Shown here: positions 1 to 7,395 of the stretch, piece after piece | How positions within the stretch are numbered: the first letter of the stretch is position 1 | Layout of the letters: each line of letters opens with the position of its first letter | Source: an uncultured archaeon | GTDB taxonomy: Archaea; Asgardarchaeota; Thorarchaeia; Thorarchaeales; Thorarchaeaceae | DNA length: 32,000 bases | Assembly (NCBI GenBank): GCA_964354495.1 | Contig: CAYHAA010000007.1 | Span: forward strand, 30,001-62,000 | Reading direction: 5' to 3' | Notes under the pieces: model-generated | Databases searched by the model: none | What the model was told of the DNA's origin: nothing | What the model saw: the letters and a program-made list of their open reading frames with translations, nothing else | Translations under genes and position numbers: made by a program

Positions 1-1232
1 TCATAGAGCTGTGGTTTAGAACCCTCTATCGGACCGTATCGTAACTTTGGGAATACCTTAGAAGATGGGAGCAAAGTTCGAATGTAACGCAATGATGTTT
101 CTTCAACGTATTCATCTCTAGATTTGAGATATTTTTGGAATTGGTTTGGTGATTGCTGTTTGAGAAGATGCTCCGATATGAGTCGTAAATTTCTCAATGC
201 TAAGGATGGATTGAAAACGTAGTATTGTTGATTGTGCTTAATAATCGGACGGAGTGAGATTATTGTATCATTTGTGGGCCATCCTCTCCATTCTGTTTTT
301 GCAGGGCTAAGAAAATCAACATTGTTTCCGAGTTCGCAGCTTAGACATTGCAGAATCTTGTCATCAGTTGTTTTCTGCGGTTCCACTTCAAAAGCATATA
401 ATAATTCCAAGGGGCGTAAATCAGAATGTATGCTTCTTGGTTCGCATTGAACATCTTCCCTTGATTTTAGTAAACCTGTATTGAATTTTCCATGTAATTC
501 TGCTATTGTGTCAAATATATCGCGTTCTTGTTGCATAGTTAAGAGATACTTGCTTTTTACTCTTTGAAAGAACTCATATAGGTCTTGAGCTGAAAAACCA
601 ATTGTGTTTTCTAGGTATTGGCTTTGTTTCCTGAATAGTTCTAGAAATGTTTGATCTAGATGCTGGATATAGGCATCGCCTCTTCTGAACAAATAGGAAA
701 GAATTAGTTTGAATCTCAATTCAGCCTCAACTGGATTCTCTTGATTGGTTACAAATTCAGAGCCGAAATAGTTGGAAACATTCAATTCGAGTTCATTCCA
801 AAGACTGAGAGCTTTTTCTATCTCTGCTCTTTTTGGCTCTTTCCAAGTAGATGAGTAAGGCTTCGAAGTAGCTATACTCATTAAATATTCTATGAGCGAC
901 TCGTCTGTTGAATCAGATGATATTCCCGAGGCTCTAATTTGAACTAATTTTTGAATTTCTGCAATAATCGATAATGGGTTGTATTCTACGACAAGACTTT
1001 CGAATTTGCTTATTATGATATCTACCGCTCTCTTGAAATCCGGTTTTCTATTGCGTAGATTTTCAATGAATAGCTTATGTTGTCTGGAATCCCATCTAGA
1101 TGTAATTGAAATATACTTACCTTCCCTATGGATCGTAAAGGGGCCATGCTCGAAGGTTTCAGAATCATCTATCTTAGATGCTTCTTCTCTAGTGGATTTC
1201 TTTCCTCTATGTATGTACTTCTTCTTCTTCAA
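1..1232 (-). CDS. Large AT-rich hypothetical protein (>410 aa, runs off left edge), possibly with a downstream PD-(D/E)XK/NERD-like nuclease domain
   Basis: Hand translation from TTG at 1232 (GGGAG just upstream; in-frame TAG at 1238-1236) is open to base 1: MKKKKYIHRGKK...WRGWPTNDTIISLRPIIKHNQQYYVF...YLKSRDEYVEE...LLPSSKVFPKLRYG...PQLY(E/D). Not in the ORF track because there is no stop in the window. Sampled 60-mers are 32-40% GC. The nuclease assignment is recalled family resemblance only. Confidence 0.8.
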   Translation of the reverse strand, partial: MKKKKYIHRGKKSTREEASKIDDSETFEHGPFTIHREGKYISITSRWDSRQHKLFIENLRNRKPDFKRAVDIIISKFESLVVEYNPLSIIAEIQKLVQIRASGISSDSTDESLIEYLMSIATSKPYSSTWKEPKRAEIEKALSLWNELELNVSNYFGSEFVTNQENPVEAELRFKLILSYLFRRGDAYIQHLDQTFLELFRKQSQYLENTIGFSAQDLYEFFQRVKSKYLLTMQQERDIFDTIAELHGKFNTGLLKSREDVQCEPRSIHSDLRPLELLYAFEVEPQKTTDDKILQCLSCELGNNVDFLSPAKTEWRGWPTNDTIISLRPIIKHNQQYYVFNPSLALRNLRLISEHLLKQQSPNQFQKYLKSRDEYVEETSLRYIRTLLPSSKVFPKLRYGPIEGSKPQLY

Positions 1233-1252
1233 AACCTATTCTCCCATTTCGT

Positions 1253-1570
1253 GCAGAAGAATCAAACACATAGTTCTACTAAGTCATCGTCACATCGCAA
1301 TAAGAATCCCTTCCTACCCTACACCTCAGGTCGACACGTCAACAGTGTATTCTTGGAATTGCTCAACCAGTGTTGGGCCGTTTCAGCCTGTCCGAACGAG
1401 TCCTCAACAGATTCAAGTCCGTATCATTGTCACATCCCGTTCGGGGGTGTCGTTTCTGTTCCCAGAGCGAGGCTCTCGCCTCCCTGCTTTCACAGGACTG
1501 TTGTCGGTATGAGTCAGGAGTTTCCTCAGCTCTCATCCCGGGGGATAAGTACCGTCAGTTGCACTTCTGC
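1253..1570 (-). ncRNA. rnpB: RNase P RNA, archaeal type A-like; 3' end non-canonical
   Basis: Minus strand shows CR-I GAGGAAACUCC (1527-1517), a P3 hairpin CUUAUCC/GGAUGAG, GNRA hairpins CCUGU-GAAA-GCAGG and GAGGC-GAGA-GCCUC, CR-II AACAGAAAC, P12 CCGAACG/CGUUCGG, CR-III UGAAAC, P5 CUCA/UGAG, P6 CGAC/GUCG, P15 UUCC/GGAA with a GGUA loop, and a candidate P1 GCAGAAG(1570-1564)/CUUCUGC(1259-1253). Ends are approximate. Confidence 0.85.
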
Positions 1571-1602
1571 TCCAGAGCTACATCTCTCTTTATGATTCAA
1601 CT

Positions 1603-1610
1603 CATAAAAA
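1603..1610 (-). promoter_or_regulatory. Candidate TATA box for rnpB
   Basis: TTTTTATG on the minus strand about 25-33 nt upstream of the predicted RNA 5' end. Confidence 0.35.
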
Positions 1611-1631
1611 GATGGCTAAATCACATAATAC

Positions 1632-2642
1632 TCACTCGTCCGCAGAGTGTTTCTTCCACATCTGAGGATATCTCCCTCTGACCATCAAGACACGCTCGCT
1701 GGTAGCCACTATCCCGCTCTTGGCCTTCGCGATCCTCTCACTGTTATCATTGCTCGTTGCCAGCGCAACGGCTTCCCCCTTCAAGGTCTTGATGAGTAAA
1801 AGGTCTCCATTCTTGATGCCTGTGTTCAAACTGAGAACTCCTGTTGCAGCAAGGTCCGCACCGTGGCATATTGCATCAACGGCGGAGTCTCGTATCTGTA
1901 TGAATGGCAAATGGCCTAAGGCGAACTCCGTAGGCAGCAGATATCTGCGAAGGAGTTTCTCGTCACCATTCTCCTTCCAGAAGATGTAGGCGTCTTTCAG
2001 GTCGTACAGAGAACATAGATGCTCGTCCTCCATGAATTTTCCTACCCTTGTTCTACGGAGTTCTCTCATGTGCCCTCCAACACCGAGTGCTTCGCCAATG
2101 TCAAAGCAGAGCTTTCTGACGTAGGTCCCTGCTTGGCATCCAACACGAAAGAGAACGATTCTTCCGCTAATCTCAAGAATCTCATTGTAGTATATCTCGC
2201 GTACTCGTAATACTCGCTTCACAGATGACCTGAGCGGAGGCTTTTGGTAGATCTTCCCTACAAACTCATTGATCACTCGCCGTATCTCTTCCTCTGGAGT
2301 TGGGTGATGGAGTTCAAGAACACAGACGTACTCCTTCCCAGAAGGGATGAGAGCCTGCATTGCCTTTGTGGCATTGCCGACGCCTGTGGGAAGAATACCG
2401 GTCACACCAGGGTCCAATGTTCCTCCGTGACCGACACGGCCCACTTCGAGAATCTTCTTGACCCATGTTGCTACTTCATGGCTGGTTGGTCCCGCTGGCT
2501 TGTCAAGGACTATGATACCATTCTCAAGCAGGTATTTGATTGGAAGATTATCAAGCGAGGAGAATCCATATTCCGGATTTGTAGTGTCTGATGCCCGTTG
2601 AATCACTTCACGAGGTTGGTCTGACGGCAGCAAGCCCACCAT
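1632..2642 (-). CDS. cbf5: H/ACA RNA-guided pseudouridine synthase Cbf5 (TruB family, PUA domain)
   Basis: Motifs LDKPAGPTSHEV, GHGGTLDPGVTG, GTYVRKLC, ELRRTRVG; C-terminal PUA domain; canonical position after rpl14e. Confidence 0.97.
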   Translation of the reverse strand: MVGLLPSDQPREVIQRASDTTNPEYGFSSLDNLPIKYLLENGIIVLDKPAGPTSHEVATWVKKILEVGRVGHGGTLDPGVTGILPTGVGNATKAMQALIPSGKEYVCVLELHHPTPEEEIRRVINEFVGKIYQKPPLRSSVKRVLRVREIYYNEILEISGRIVLFRVGCQAGTYVRKLCFDIGEALGVGGHMRELRRTRVGKFMEDEHLCSLYDLKDAYIFWKENGDEKLLRRYLLPTEFALGHLPFIQIRDSAVDAICHGADLAATGVLSLNTGIKNGDLLLIKTLKGEAVALATSNDNSERIAKAKSGIVATSERVLMVRGRYPQMWKKHSADE

Positions 2643-2673
2643 TCACAGGCACTCCTATTACGAGTTGAATCGT

Positions 2674-2955
2674 CTAGATTCCAATCCGAATCTTCTCTCG
2701 AAACTTCTCAGTAAGTCCTGCATCAGCAATCGCTTCTGCAACAGTTTCGTCATCGGCACCTTTTGAGATTGCAAGAACGGTCTCTAATGGTTCAAGGTGT
2801 CTAACATTGCAGTTTCGTCGTCTGACACCGCTGATGTCCTTGGGACCGGTGACAACAACGTAGTTGTCATCCTTAAGTTCAACGATGACGCAGTGGCTCC
2901 CGGTCTCACGACCTACCACTTTCACACAGATTCTACCAATATCGTACAGCTTCAT
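2674..2955 (-). CDS. rpl14e: 50S ribosomal protein eL14
   Basis: IGRICVKVVGRETG...VVVTGPKDISGVRRRNCNVRHLEP. ATG at 2955 is preferred over GTG 2964 because of GAGGTG spacing. Confidence 0.95.
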   Translation of the reverse strand: MKLYDIGRICVKVVGRETGSHCVIVELKDDNYVVVTGPKDISGVRRRNCNVRHLEPLETVLAISKGADDETVAEAIADAGLTEKFREKIRIGI

Positions 2956-3084
2956 ATCAGCCACACCTCGCCGTGTCCATAGTCTGCAACCAAGTCACCT
3001 CGGCGTATCATCCATCTGGACTGGGAGAATGACAACACGAAATTTCGTTAACAATAAGAGCCTTCCGCTAGGCCCACAGAATGC

Positions 3085-3630
3085 TCATTGCGCTGCTAGC
3101 TTAAAGTACGTTTCAACGGCAGCAATCACTATTTTGCTGACACCATCTAGGGGATATTTTCCTGTGTTCAGAATGAGGTCATAGACAGACAGATCCGTAA
3201 CATCTACCTTGTAATATTCGAGGTATCTTGCCTTCTCGCTACCCTCTCGCTGGATGGTTTCGCGCCGGGCAAACTCAAAATCCGTTCCATCACGAGCAGC
3301 AATTCTCTTGATTCTCACTTCAAGAGGTGCTGTCAAGAGAATCTTCAGGTCAGCATGCTCTCCCGCCATCCATGCTGCGAGCTGTCCATCAATGACAGCG
3401 TTGCCTTTCTCCGCCTCCATCTTCTGAGCGCCATCGATGAGCTTATCGATCTCTCCATCTCCCTCCGCCACCCTGCAGAATTCCTCTAGAGTGAGCCCTC
3501 TCTCCTTGGCTAACTGACGGAATGTTGCTCCTGCGGAAATCCGTCTCAACTTGAATTTCTTTGCAACGGCATCAGCTACTGAGCTCTTTCCTGTACCATG
3601 AAGTCCACCGATAGTAATGACTCGCTTCAT
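3085..3630 (-). CDS. cmk: Cytidylate kinase, archaeal type
   Basis: N-terminal P-loop ITIGGLHGTGKS, SAGATFRQLAKERG, DGQLAAW; syntenic between rpl34e and rpl14e. Confidence 0.93.
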   Translation of the reverse strand: MKRVITIGGLHGTGKSSVADAVAKKFKLRRISAGATFRQLAKERGLTLEEFCRVAEGDGEIDKLIDGAQKMEAEKGNAVIDGQLAAWMAGEHADLKILLTAPLEVRIKRIAARDGTDFEFARRETIQREGSEKARYLEYYKVDVTDLSVYDLILNTGKYPLDGVSKIVIAAVETYFKLAAQ

Positions 3631-3634
3631 CGCT

Positions 3635-3898
3635 CTACACTCGGGCCTTTGTGATTATCTCACGGCGCGCAGCTGGTGATGATAGGACTCCACCATATGG
3701 TCGGTTTGGGCGCTTGGATGACCGACTAGATCTTCTACTCAATCCATACAATGATGCCTTAGGAAGCTGCAGCTGAGAACCAGTCAGATGACAGACACCT
3801 CCAGCCTTGTAGAACTTCTGTCTATGTACAACATTCTTGCCGCCAGGCGTCTTTACCAAACGATTTGCTCTTCCTCTACTGAGCTGACTGTGCCTCAT
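3635..3898 (-). CDS. rpl34e: 50S ribosomal protein eL34 (Zn ligands largely lost)
   Basis: KTPGGKNVVH and KRPNRPYGGVLS motifs; canonical DUF106-rpl34e-cmk synteny. Confidence 0.88.
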   Translation of the reverse strand: MRHSQLSRGRANRLVKTPGGKNVVHRQKFYKAGGVCHLTGSQLQLPKASLYGLSRRSSRSSKRPNRPYGGVLSSPAARREIITKARV

Positions 3899-3976
3899 AT
3901 GTCAACACCATTCCACTATCTTCCCTTGAGAGCCGTGGCAGTTCTCTTTTAAGCAAAGCGGTGGGTCGTTGATTCT

Positions 3977-4549
3977 TCATTGCATCGGTGGCGTCATGAC
4001 CTGAGTGCCCATCACTCGTTGAAGGATGCTTGAGAGACCAAGCCCTACTACGAAGTAGAACATATAGAACGTGAGGCCAAAACCTGCCGCTGTCTCTCGG
4101 CCTCCCATTCCCACAATGAATGGTAGAACCTTCTGAAGATTGAAGGGTATGACAGCAACAATGACTTCACTTCCACCAACGATATAGAAGTTTCTAAGGA
4201 GAGTGAATATCACCATGAACGGAATCAGGAATATCAGTGATGGTTTGCATCGAGTGGTCATCTGCTCACGCTGAATTCGGGTGATGTAAGCCTTTCTTCT
4301 CCGTACCTTCTTGAGAAGCTTCTCATTCTGTGTCTTCTTCGCTTCCTTCTCCATCTCTTGAAACTGCTTGATCTCCAACTGCTGGCGCTGAAGCCTTCGC
4401 ATGTCAGAGAATCGTTTCATGGCAAGGTTACTCATTGATGACACAGCGACTGATACAAGCATGATGAATAATCCAGAAAAGGGCGGTGACTGGAACAACT
4501 GGAATGTTGTTGCGAACCATATGGCAAAGTCCGTGAAGAGATCCTGCAA
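3977..4549 (-). CDS. DUF106 / EMC3-TMCO1-Get1 (Oxa1 superfamily) membrane protein
   Basis: TM helix, then a cytoplasmic coiled coil (MRRLQRQQLEIKQFQEMEKEAKK), then two more TMs; canonical position after adk. TTG start. Confidence 0.88.
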   Translation of the reverse strand: MQDLFTDFAIWFATTFQLFQSPPFSGLFIMLVSVAVSSMSNLAMKRFSDMRRLQRQQLEIKQFQEMEKEAKKTQNEKLLKKVRRRKAYITRIQREQMTTRCKPSLIFLIPFMVIFTLLRNFYIVGGSEVIVAVIPFNLQKVLPFIVGMGGRETAAGFGLTFYMFYFVVGLGLSSILQRVMGTQVMTPPMQ

Positions 4550-4556
4550 CGAGCCT

Positions 4557-5147
4557 CTACTCCATTAGTGTCTGAGCCAGTTCGATAGCAGCTTCTTCAA
4601 CTTTGCCCTCGTGGTTTATGATTCTCCGTACCGTGGCCCCGGTAAGAGTTCCTACAGAGACTGCTGCTGCCCTACACATCTCCTGATGTATCTGAATGTC
4701 ACTGACGGCCTGAGCATCACGGGCACGGGTTGGATCGCTGTTTCTGCGGCTGGCTATCTTCTCGGAGTCTGCCTCTACCAGCACGACAGTCTTCGGTTGA
4801 ATCTCTCGTACTACCCACTCAGGAAGCCCAATCAGGTATCCATTATTGGTCTGGATGAGGGTATGGGTGTCCACAATTACCTTGGCCTTTCGGGCCTTCT
4901 TAGCTATTGATTGTCCCGCCAGCCTCTGGTTCTCTCGTTGCTGTGCAGTGGGCATCTTTCTCATCTCATCTCGGTCCTTGACTTGACCCGCTTTCGAGGC
5001 GACTTCGAACATCTCAGTCCCGAAGTTCAAGACAAGCACATCTTCTCCGTGCTTCTGTTTGACGATATCTACGGCTGTGTTGATCACAGTCGTCTTTCCA
5101 ACACCTGGAATGCCGGTCACAATGACTATGTTCCTTGACTCTTTCAT
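4557..5147 (-). CDS. adkA: Adenylate kinase, archaeal type
   Basis: IVIVTGIPGVGKTT, NFGTEMFE, RDEMRK, VDTH, YLIGLP motifs. Confidence 0.96.
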   Translation of the reverse strand: MKESRNIVIVTGIPGVGKTTVINTAVDIVKQKHGEDVLVLNFGTEMFEVASKAGQVKDRDEMRKMPTAQQRENQRLAGQSIAKKARKAKVIVDTHTLIQTNNGYLIGLPEWVVREIQPKTVVLVEADSEKIASRRNSDPTRARDAQAVSDIQIHQEMCRAAAVSVGTLTGATVRRIINHEGKVEEAAIELAQTLME

Positions 5148-5199
5148 TGGGCAGAATCACCTTTGCTCCTAAGTCTGACCGCTTGGGCGAATGAGGTGG

Positions 5200-5207
5200 T
5201 TATATTT
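5200..5207 (-). promoter_or_regulatory. Candidate TATA box upstream of adk
   Basis: AAATATAA on the minus strand in the 93-nt gap; a GGTGA SD-like motif lies just before the adk ATG. Confidence 0.35.
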
Positions 5208-5240
5208 CCTTCTATGAACCTTGAACTGCGTTGGTATGCA

Positions 5241-6212
5241 CTATCCAAAGAAACGTTTGAGCATTCTGCATATGACAAGCGCAATCCAGAGGCTGTGATA
5301 TTTGTACCCAGCTCCTTTGAGGAGATACAGAGACCAAGTCCCATCTCTCTTCTGTTGATTCACAAACCAATCAATTGCCTCTCTGATATTCTGATTATTC
5401 GCGGACAATCCCAGTCTCGATAATGTGTCCAGTGTAGATAGGATATCCGTAAACCAGAATGGGTAGGTGATTCTGGTCCAGTAATCAGATGCTTTTCGGT
5501 CAGTGTAATCATCAGCCTTGAATATGCGGGAGGCAAGTTTCTCAGCAGCCAGAAGTATCTCTGGGCGACGATTGTATTTTGGGTGAGCAGCAAAAGATCG
5601 CAGGACGACGCCAGTGATCATATGAGAGAACGCTTTCTCTCTTCTTGGCTGTACAGGCTTTGTCAGTTTTATTACCTCTCCCCATCTAAGACACTCAGTA
5701 CGTAGAGGCACCACCCAACCACCATCATCTTGGCGAATGGAGAGCAACCATTGGAGACCCCGTTCGATAGGCTCATCGTCTATGTATCCTGCCTTGATCA
5801 GAATCTCAAGATATGCTGCAGTGTAGTTCGGACTGTACTGATCACGGTAGATACCTCTGAAATCACCCTCCTCGGTCTGACAACTGAAGAGGAAATCTGC
5901 TGCTCTCTGCACTGAGGGATGGTCTATATTCAGGAGATACTTTTCAACAAGTATACCGAGCTGCCTGAAGGTCTCAAGCTGCCTGTATCCTGAGATCTCG
6001 ATCGGGTCGGTCTTCTTCTTAGGATACTTCCAATGGCCATCCTCCTGTTGTCTTCTCAGTATCTTTGTCACGGGCTGCAAGTTCCAGAGCGAAGTGACTG
6101 GGCCGGGATTCACCCCTCTGAGGTCTCTCGATACTTGGTACTGCAGAGCGTCATCCTCAACACCCTCAAATTGTGGCAATGGGTCATACTTGAGATGATT
6201 GCGCCAGGTCAT
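5241..6212 (-). CDS. Prenyltransferase/squalene-oxidase repeat (QW-motif, alpha/alpha barrel) protein
   Basis: Repeated QxxDGxW-like motifs: RQQEDGHW, CQTEEGDF, IRQDDGGW, QQKRDGTW. Only 323 aa, with no DXDD cyclase motif seen. Confidence 0.75.
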   Translation of the reverse strand: MTWRNHLKYDPLPQFEGVEDDALQYQVSRDLRGVNPGPVTSLWNLQPVTKILRRQQEDGHWKYPKKKTDPIEISGYRQLETFRQLGILVEKYLLNIDHPSVQRAADFLFSCQTEEGDFRGIYRDQYSPNYTAAYLEILIKAGYIDDEPIERGLQWLLSIRQDDGGWVVPLRTECLRWGEVIKLTKPVQPRREKAFSHMITGVVLRSFAAHPKYNRRPEILLAAEKLASRIFKADDYTDRKASDYWTRITYPFWFTDILSTLDTLSRLGLSANNQNIREAIDWFVNQQKRDGTWSLYLLKGAGYKYHSLWIALVICRMLKRFFG

Positions 6213-6250
6213 ATGTTCCTAGTTCCTCTCCTTCCTCGCCTAATGCTATG

Positions 6251-7291
6251 CTATGGATGCTTGTCTGATGTGAATGCATAGGCAATGTTGGCTCCAGCCT
6301 GCACTGCCTGAAGACTGCCAGGCGTACCCAAGATATCGCCACAGGGGTAAGCCCAGATGTACCCATCGACAGGGCATGCAACCTCTTCAAGGACATCACC
6401 ATACAGGTCATAGATCTCCGCAAAGATGGTGCCCTTCTTCATGAACTCACCGGGGGTCTTCTTGAATCGGATGAGACCACCTCTGTTTGCCCGCACGATG
6501 CCATGACCTGTACACAAACCCGGAATGATGGGAACGCTCCTCTGTGGCTCAATGGGGCCATCAATCATATCGAACTCCTTCATGATGTTGAGAATGCCTC
6601 TGACGCCAACTGATGTAGAGGGTTCTGATATCCATCGACCATCAATGAGCTCGATGAGGATATCCGGAACTCCATTCTTTACGGCCAAGTTTGTGAGGGT
6701 ATCTGGTGCATTCTTCTTGATAGTGATGTTCTCCACTACATTGGTCACACCGAACACCCGTGCCATCCGCTCTAGCCTCTCTCTGGTTGACGGATTGCCG
6801 ATATTAATCTCAGTGAAGAAGAGCGAGTCAGGTCTCACATTACAGTGTATGTTCAAGACCATGTCTGCCTTACTCCATGCCTCCTTCCAGAGGGCATGCG
6901 CCAGCCGTTCTGTGGACGTCCCGTGAGGCTGGTCTGCTGTCAGAGGGCTGGCACTTCCACCGCCACCTAGGTCCAAGTTGTCAATCCATGAGAGATACTG
7001 GTGATGCATGAAGGCGAGTGGGTTCTCCACCGGGATGCCAATGATCGCTCCTCGAAGCTCCTTGGGATTGACCTTTTCTCTCATTATCTTGAGAATGACC
7101 TCAATCCCCTGTATCTCTATACCGTGTTGTGTCGACACCATAAGCAGTGTGGGGCCATCCTTCGCTCCATTCATCACTATGACTGGAATATCAATAGGAG
7201 TGGTTGTATTCAGCTCAATCCCCTTGATGACACCCTTCTGCAGTTCTCCTCTCTTTGCGGTTGCATTCCCGACAGTGACTCTCTCTGGCAT
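6251..7291 (-). CDS. Succinylglutamate desuccinylase/aspartoacylase family (M14-like) metalloenzyme
   Basis: GPTLLMVSTQHGIEIQG (HxxE), NP, LNIHC, GVRGILNIMKEFDMIDG and a C-terminal lipoyl-like hybrid domain. ATG 7291 follows GAGAGG. Confidence 0.85.
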   Translation of the reverse strand: MPERVTVGNATAKRGELQKGVIKGIELNTTTPIDIPVIVMNGAKDGPTLLMVSTQHGIEIQGIEVILKIMREKVNPKELRGAIIGIPVENPLAFMHHQYLSWIDNLDLGGGGSASPLTADQPHGTSTERLAHALWKEAWSKADMVLNIHCNVRPDSLFFTEINIGNPSTRERLERMARVFGVTNVVENITIKKNAPDTLTNLAVKNGVPDILIELIDGRWISEPSTSVGVRGILNIMKEFDMIDGPIEPQRSVPIIPGLCTGHGIVRANRGGLIRFKKTPGEFMKKGTIFAEIYDLYGDVLEEVACPVDGYIWAYPCGDILGTPGSLQAVQAGANIAYAFTSDKHP

Positions 7292-7370
7292 TGTTGAAAC
7301 CTCTCTGTGAACAGATATGGAAGCTCCCATAAATACACCGTGGTATGAAGGGCATCAATAGAGCGAATAG

Positions 7371-7388
7371 AGGGGCTCGAAGGCCCCT
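7371..7388 (-). terminator. GC hairpin just after the secY stop (possible terminator or processing site)
   Basis: AGGGGC-6 nt-GCCCCT inverted repeat 7 nt past the secY stop, followed by pyrimidine-rich sequence on the minus strand. Confidence 0.4.
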
Positions 7389-7395
7389 TGCCATT

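Noticed and set aside
1231-1256. Alternative rnpB 3' register (CUGCAC as P2, AGAAUAGGUUUU as P4)
   Set aside because: It gives only four P4 pairs, no P1 partner follows, and it overlaps the start of the downstream ORF.
1500-1535. CUGAGGA...GAAA as a hammerhead ribozyme core
   Set aside because: Fully explained by RNase P CR-I and the P8 GNRA loop; hammerhead stems cannot be built.
979-1681. Plus-strand ORFs 979-1512, 1128-1595 and 1370-1681 (and 232-450)
   Set aside because: They are antisense to rnpB and the long minus-strand ORF, mutually overlapping, Ser/Cys-rich, and show no recognisable motifs.
5241-6212. Calling the QW-repeat protein a squalene-hopene cyclase
   Set aside because: It is half the expected length and has no DXDD motif.
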